NCBI GenBank assembly: GCA_964594375.1
Contig: CAZQMG010000003.1
Location: forward strand, 1 to 36,516
Length of the DNA stretch: 36,516 nucleotides
Reading direction: 5' to 3'
Source of the DNA: an uncultured Clostridia bacterium
GTDB taxonomy: Bacteria > Aerophobota > Aerophobia > Aerophobales > AE-B3A
Part shown: positions 32,634 through 36,516 of the stretch, piece after piece
How positions within the stretch are numbered: the first letter of the stretch is position 1
Layout of the letters: each line of letters begins with the position of its first letter
The notes under the pieces: model-generated
The model's input: the letters and a program-made list of their open reading frames with translations, nothing else
The model's database searches: none
Told to the model about the DNA's origin: nothing
Position numbers and translations under genes: made by a program

Positions 32634-34964
32634 TCATTTTATTATGGCAATCTTGCCTGATTTTCTTCCCCCAGCAGTATTGGTAGCAATCCATAGGTAA
32701 ATACCTCTGGCTAACTGCTCCCCATTCATATTTCTTACATCCCAGGCCCAACTGTATTGCCAGCTTACATCCTCTTCTTTTACCAGTCTGCCGGTGAGAG
32801 TAAAAACACGAATCTTGGCATCACTGGTTAATGCACTAAAGTTAATCTGATTATGACCTTTCAATAAACTAAATGGATTGGGATAGACTATCAAATTTTC
32901 CAGATTAAGAGGAAGGACTATACTTGGCCCAATCCTTTCGTTTGTAGGGTCGCCAATTGCCGAGACTCCATTATCGGCATCATAAGCCTCAAAATAATAA
33001 CTATAGCCTGTCCCCGCAGCCAGTCCTACTTTTGTGTAGGAATAAACCCTACCATCTCTATAATTAGTATCACCAGAGTTTACTGCGCTCATATTAAAGG
33101 GACTACCCATCACCTCAAACCCGTCCTTTAGAATGTGAACCTTGGGATAGCCATTCTCAGGAGCATAATTATTCTCATCTATATATTTTACTCGATAAAC
33201 AAAACTTGTAGAAACATTTCCTTTTTCTGGATCTAATCCATCTGACTCATAATTGGCCTCCCCTGTCCAGGAAAGAAGAGCAGGGGCCAACAATCTTAGC
33301 CGACCAGAACCATAGATATTATCCTTACCTGGAACTCCCATATCAACTGCCCAACCTTCCAGAGCTGATTGAAGCTGGTCCGCAGTAGAACTGGGAGATC
33401 TAGAAAGAATCAAAGCAGCAGCTCCGCTTACGTGAGGAGTAGCAGCAGAGGTATACCCTCCTGTTCCCCAGGTGAAAGAAGATATATTAGCAGGACCCAT
33501 AATATCCGGTTTTGTTCTACCATCATTTGTCGGACCTTGCGCACTGCGGGAGCCTTGAGGGCCACTGAGCCAGTCTTCTTTATTGATATAGCCTACTGCT
33601 GTGGCGCCGTTAGCGTCAGCTGGTGGCGAGATACTATGTTGAGCAGTTTGATACTCCAAGGAACCGGCAAAAACTTTCAGCTCTTGATCTCCGGTAGCGC
33701 TGTATTTTTTAATCATAAGATAATAAGTACCAGATTCAGCACCATCAAGAGCGATCCGCTCCATCGGAGGTTGAGTACCAGTCTGTTTTGTCGTTGAAGA
33801 AGCCACCAAATTCAAACTGGAATCATATAGATAAAGGTCGTAGTCCTGATTTGTGACTGGCCAACAATCCCAGGTAAGATACACATCAAAAGGTATATAT
33901 TCACGATAGATATACTCAAAAGCATTCATCTCATCCCGTGGGGCAGTGCGAAAATCATGCCAGCTATCGTTATCAGTGTCAGTGAAAAATGCCTGATAGT
34001 GAGAATGCGCTGAATTACCAGCGGCATTCACCCAAAGAATACCATTGGCTCTGGCATCATCTGCAATCTCGCAAATCAATCCTGTGCCATCGGTAAAATT
34101 TGTCCCGGGCCAGCCCCAGGAATGGTTAATGATATTTATATTATCATTACCGAAGCATTTATCTTTAGCATTCTCAAGATCAACCTCATCCTCTATTTTT
34201 GCTAGATAAAGTCGGGCCTCAGGAGCCATATCGTAGACAATTTCAGCTACAGCCGTTCCATGGGTTCTACCGCTCTCGAAATTGGTGTCTGTATAATTTC
34301 TGTGAATAACATTATCAGGTAGTTCATTATGATTTATGGAGTTAGTAAGATTGTGAAATCCAATATCGATAATTGCTACCCTTACTCCTTGGCCTTTGTA
34401 GCCTGATTGGTGATAATCTGAAGCACCGACTAAATCGACTCCTTCGCTGGTCACTCCTAGAACAGTTCTCTTAATGTCTAGCTTTCGGTTATCAGAAGAA
34501 GAAAGAATTGTTCCGACTTCTTCTTCCCCCATTGTTGCAGGCACAGGTCTATAGGGAAGCCTGATAAAGGAAACACTCTTTACTTTGTTGGCAATTTCTT
34601 CCAGACGAGACACAGGAACTCTTGCCCTCATCAAATGTTTGGAAACAGCCTCAATTATAGCTCCATAGGAAACTAAACTTACTTGATCAATCATCGAGGC
34701 ATCTTCTCCTGGCAGTGGCACTAAAATAACCCTTACTTGACCATTTTCAAGAGGAATGCTCCTTTGTTGAGCGAACTCCTGCAACGCTATTTTACTTTTA
34801 GAACACTTCTCCGCTAGTTTCCCTAAAACACTTTCCAGTTTAGGGTGATATTTTTCGACTTCCACCTTTTCACTTACATCCATAGCCAGGAGGGGAACTT
34901 TGATAACAAATGCCATAATAATCGTAAAAACAATAAGATTGAAGTTTAGACGTAGGCTTCTCAC
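32634..34964 (-). CDS. secreted subtilisin-like (S8) serine protease with an inserted beta-sandwich domain and a T9SS/FlgD-Ig-type C-terminal domain
   Basis: Signal peptide (GTG start). Catalytic residues in VAIIDIGF (Asp), GRTHGTAVAE (His), INHSWGW (Asn) and GGYTSAATPHVSGAAAL (Ser). An insert carrying DYDLYLYD...GTYYLMIKKY lies between the His/Asn and Ser regions. The last ~85 aa, VYPNPF...IRVFTLTGRLV...WDVRNMNGEQLARGIYLW...GKIAIIK, match the T9SS type-A CTD pattern. Confidence 0.8.
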   Translation of the reverse strand: MRSLRLNFNLIVFTIIMAFVIKVPLLAMDVSEKVEVEKYHPKLESVLGKLAEKCSKSKIALQEFAQQRSIPLENGQVRVILVPLPGEDASMIDQVSLVSYGAIIEAVSKHLMRARVPVSRLEEIANKVKSVSFIRLPYRPVPATMGEEEVGTILSSSDNRKLDIKRTVLGVTSEGVDLVGASDYHQSGYKGQGVRVAIIDIGFHNLTNSINHNELPDNVIHRNYTDTNFESGRTHGTAVAEIVYDMAPEARLYLAKIEDEVDLENAKDKCFGNDNINIINHSWGWPGTNFTDGTGLICEIADDARANGILWVNAAGNSAHSHYQAFFTDTDNDSWHDFRTAPRDEMNAFEYIYREYIPFDVYLTWDCWPVTNQDYDLYLYDSSLNLVASSTTKQTGTQPPMERIALDGAESGTYYLMIKKYSATGDQELKVFAGSLEYQTAQHSISPPADANGATAVGYINKEDWLSGPQGSRSAQGPTNDGRTKPDIMGPANISSFTWGTGGYTSAATPHVSGAAALILSRSPSSTADQLQSALEGWAVDMGVPGKDNIYGSGRLRLLAPALLSWTGEANYESDGLDPEKGNVSTSFVYRVKYIDENNYAPENGYPKVHILKDGFEVMGSPFNMSAVNSGDTNYRDGRVYSYTKVGLAAGTGYSYYFEAYDADNGVSAIGDPTNERIGPSIVLPLNLENLIVYPNPFSLLKGHNQINFSALTSDAKIRVFTLTGRLVKEEDVSWQYSWAWDVRNMNGEQLARGIYLWIATNTAGGRKSGKIAIIK

Positions 34965-34981
34965 CAGCTAATCTACCTTTC

Positions 34982-36076
34982 CTAATCTGTTTTCTCAAAA
35001 TACTCCAGAGAAAAAGCCAATCCTAATCCTACTATCAGACCTACCACTGCTGCCACCAATATATTAAGGAGCTTATTGGGCTTTACGGGGGCTCTTGGCT
35101 CCTCTGCCGCAGCTAGAATTTCTGTATTGTACATCTTTGCAGAATCTATTCTCTCAAGCCTGGTTTTTTCCATCTGAGCTTGTCTCAACTCTCCCATAAG
35201 AGCATCGTATCGCTGTTCTTTGGTTCTCTGAAACTCAGTTTTTTCCAGTTGAGTTTCCCTTATTTTTTCTAAGAGGTTATCATATCGTTGTTGTTTTTCA
35301 GTAATATTGCTTCTATAACTTTGCCATCTATTTCTCATATCATTTAAACGACCTATCAATATATTTGCTTCTGCTTCTAAAAGGGGTTCTGAGTCGTTCA
35401 TTTTATTCTCTATTTCCTTAGAGACTATTTCCAGGGATAGCTCTAGTTTTTCAATCTCTTTTTTTGCTGTGTCAATCTCATTTTTCATAAGCAATAGCTG
35501 ATCATCCATCCCCCTAATATTATCATCGTATTTAGCTAAAATTTCTTCTTTGCTCTTATCAATCTCATCTAATTCCTCATTAATCTGTTTAGTCTGCTCA
35601 TCATATCTAGCCAGAATCGCTTCTTTGCTCTCATATAATTTCTTTATCTCTTTATGCCTCTCCAAGAGTCTAGTTCCTATATAATTGGCTATAATTACTG
35701 CCTCGCCAGGACTGTTTACATCCACTTTTACCTGGACTAAATCCCCTGTTTCCCTGACTGGCTCTACCACAACTTTCTTGCGGAATTCTTCAAGAGTGTA
35801 AGGCAGTCCTAGATCTCTTATTGCCTCTATCAGAACTTGAGGCCCTTTCAAAAATTGAGAGGCGGCAATGGGACTTTCGATGAGTTCTTTTTCGAAAGTA
35901 TCTACATCTATAATATCTCCAATTTTTATACCTAACGTCGCTTCATAAACAGGTGGCAGCACGAAACTAGTCACTGCACTGGCTATCACAGCTATAAAAA
36001 AAAGCAATAAAATTGTCTTCCTTCTTTTTTTAATTACTCTTATATAATCTCTTAAATCTATTTCCTTTTCTTCCAT
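34982..36076 (-). CDS. Wzz/PCP-like polysaccharide chain-length determinant (no kinase domain)
   Basis: N-terminal DLRDYIRVIKKRRKTILLLFFIAVIASAV...PPVYEA, a long coiled-coil, then C-terminal PVKPNKLLNILVAAVVGLIVGLGLAF. The start was moved to ATG 36076, behind GAGAGGAG-6 nt. Confidence 0.75.
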   Translation of the reverse strand: MEEKEIDLRDYIRVIKKRRKTILLLFFIAVIASAVTSFVLPPVYEATLGIKIGDIIDVDTFEKELIESPIAASQFLKGPQVLIEAIRDLGLPYTLEEFRKKVVVEPVRETGDLVQVKVDVNSPGEAVIIANYIGTRLLERHKEIKKLYESKEAILARYDEQTKQINEELDEIDKSKEEILAKYDDNIRGMDDQLLLMKNEIDTAKKEIEKLELSLEIVSKEIENKMNDSEPLLEAEANILIGRLNDMRNRWQSYRSNITEKQQRYDNLLEKIRETQLEKTEFQRTKEQRYDALMGELRQAQMEKTRLERIDSAKMYNTEILAAAEEPRAPVKPNKLLNILVAAVVGLIVGLGLAFSLEYFEKTD

Positions 36077-36090
36077 GACCATCTCCTCTC

Positions 36091-36516
36091 TTATCCCTCT
36101 TTCAATTGCCAATCATAGGGAATATCATTCTTATGAGGATCCAGGCGATACTCGTCAGGTTCTTTATAATTATAGGTCTCAGTAGGGGTATTTATCACTA
36201 TAGCCTCTTCTTCCCCTATACATTTAAAACCATGATAGACCATCTTGGGAATCTGCAGAAGACCGGGTTTATGCTCTCCCAGAAAAAATTCGTTCACTTC
36301 GGCGTAAGTGGGAGAATTCTTTCGCCCATCATATAGAACTATCTTCATCATTCCCTTGACTACCGCCATATTGTCATCCTGCTTCTTATGATAATGCCAG
36401 GCTTTTACCACCCCTGGATAAGCAGTAGTCATATACACCTGACCAAACTTTTTGAAGAGCTCATCATCGGCTCTTAGTATTTCCATTAAGCGACCCCGCT
36501 CATCAGGAATCACTTT
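36091..36516 (-). CDS. RmlC-like cupin (3,5-epimerase family), 5'-partial at the window edge
   Basis: DERGRLMEI, GQVYMT..PGVVKAWHYH, NSPTYAE, KMVYHGF. A paralog of 26082..26531. The frame stays open to position 36516. Confidence 0.7.
   Translation of the reverse strand, partial: KVIPDERGRLMEILRADDELFKKFGQVYMTTAYPGVVKAWHYHKKQDDNMAVVKGMMKIVLYDGRKNSPTYAEVNEFFLGEHKPGLLQIPKMVYHGFKCIGEEEAIVINTPTETYNYKEPDEYRLDPHKNDIPYDWQLKEG

Noticed and set aside
1-36516. CRISPR arrays, tRNA/rRNA genes, toxin-antitoxin pairs, restriction-modification or other known phage-defence systems, prophage genes
   Set aside because: None seen. Apart from the listed repeats there is no spacer-repeat periodicity and no tRNA-like cloverleaf region. 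Every substantial ORF is explained by glycan-biosynthesis, regulator, IS or protease functions.

Overview
AT-rich bacterial window with two parts. (A) 1-6 kb is a decayed, mosaic border region. It holds a winged-helix regulator with its own promoter and palindromic operator, a nucleotide-sugar epimerase, gene remnants (a truncated regulator paralog and a GT2 C-terminal stub), a GT2 gene driven by a paralogous promoter/operator, a frameshifted IS91-family transposase, a ~500-bp non-coding stretch with tandem repeats, and the only plus-strand gene (a doubly membrane-anchored CBM-like protein). (B) 6.1-36.5 kb is one tightly packed run of 27 minus-strand genes, many with 1-11 nt start/stop overlaps, that looks like an envelope-glycan / extracytoplasmic glycosylation locus. 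It encodes 4 polyprenyl-phosphate-sugar-synthase-like GT2s in the window (3 in this run), 5 large polytopic GT-C-like membrane proteins (3 ArnT/PMT-like, 1 DUF2079, 1 unassignable) and 3 GT4s. It also has 3 different flippase candidates (MOP/Wzx-like, LPG-synthase-TM flippase-like, ArnE/F-like). A 6-deoxyhexose cassette is present (RmlD, two RmlC-like cupins, SDRs), along with two radical-SAM enzymes (B12-binding and SPASM), two SAM methyltransferases and an LbH acetyltransferase. The remaining genes are a YdjM-like membrane hydrolase, a Wzz-like co-polymerase and a secreted S8 protease with a T9SS/FlgD-type C-terminal domain. I saw no rRNA, tRNA, CRISPR array or recognisable phage-defence genes. 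All functional calls rest on motifs I recognise in the translated ORFs; no searches were run. Many true starts appear to be TTG/GTG behind strong Shine-Dalgarno sites, and several ORF-track starts are over-extended. The most interesting items are listed here. (1) Three-component (GT2 / flippase / GT-C) glycosylation modules are stacked in a single locus. (2) A duplicated consensus promoter carries a GTTCA-N5-TGAAC operator. (3) Radical-SAM and methyltransferase sugar-tailoring genes sit together. (4) A T9SS-CTD protease lies inside the glycan operon. (5) A G7 tract sits at the 5' end of a GT-C gene. (6) Clear relics of module duplication and decay remain.
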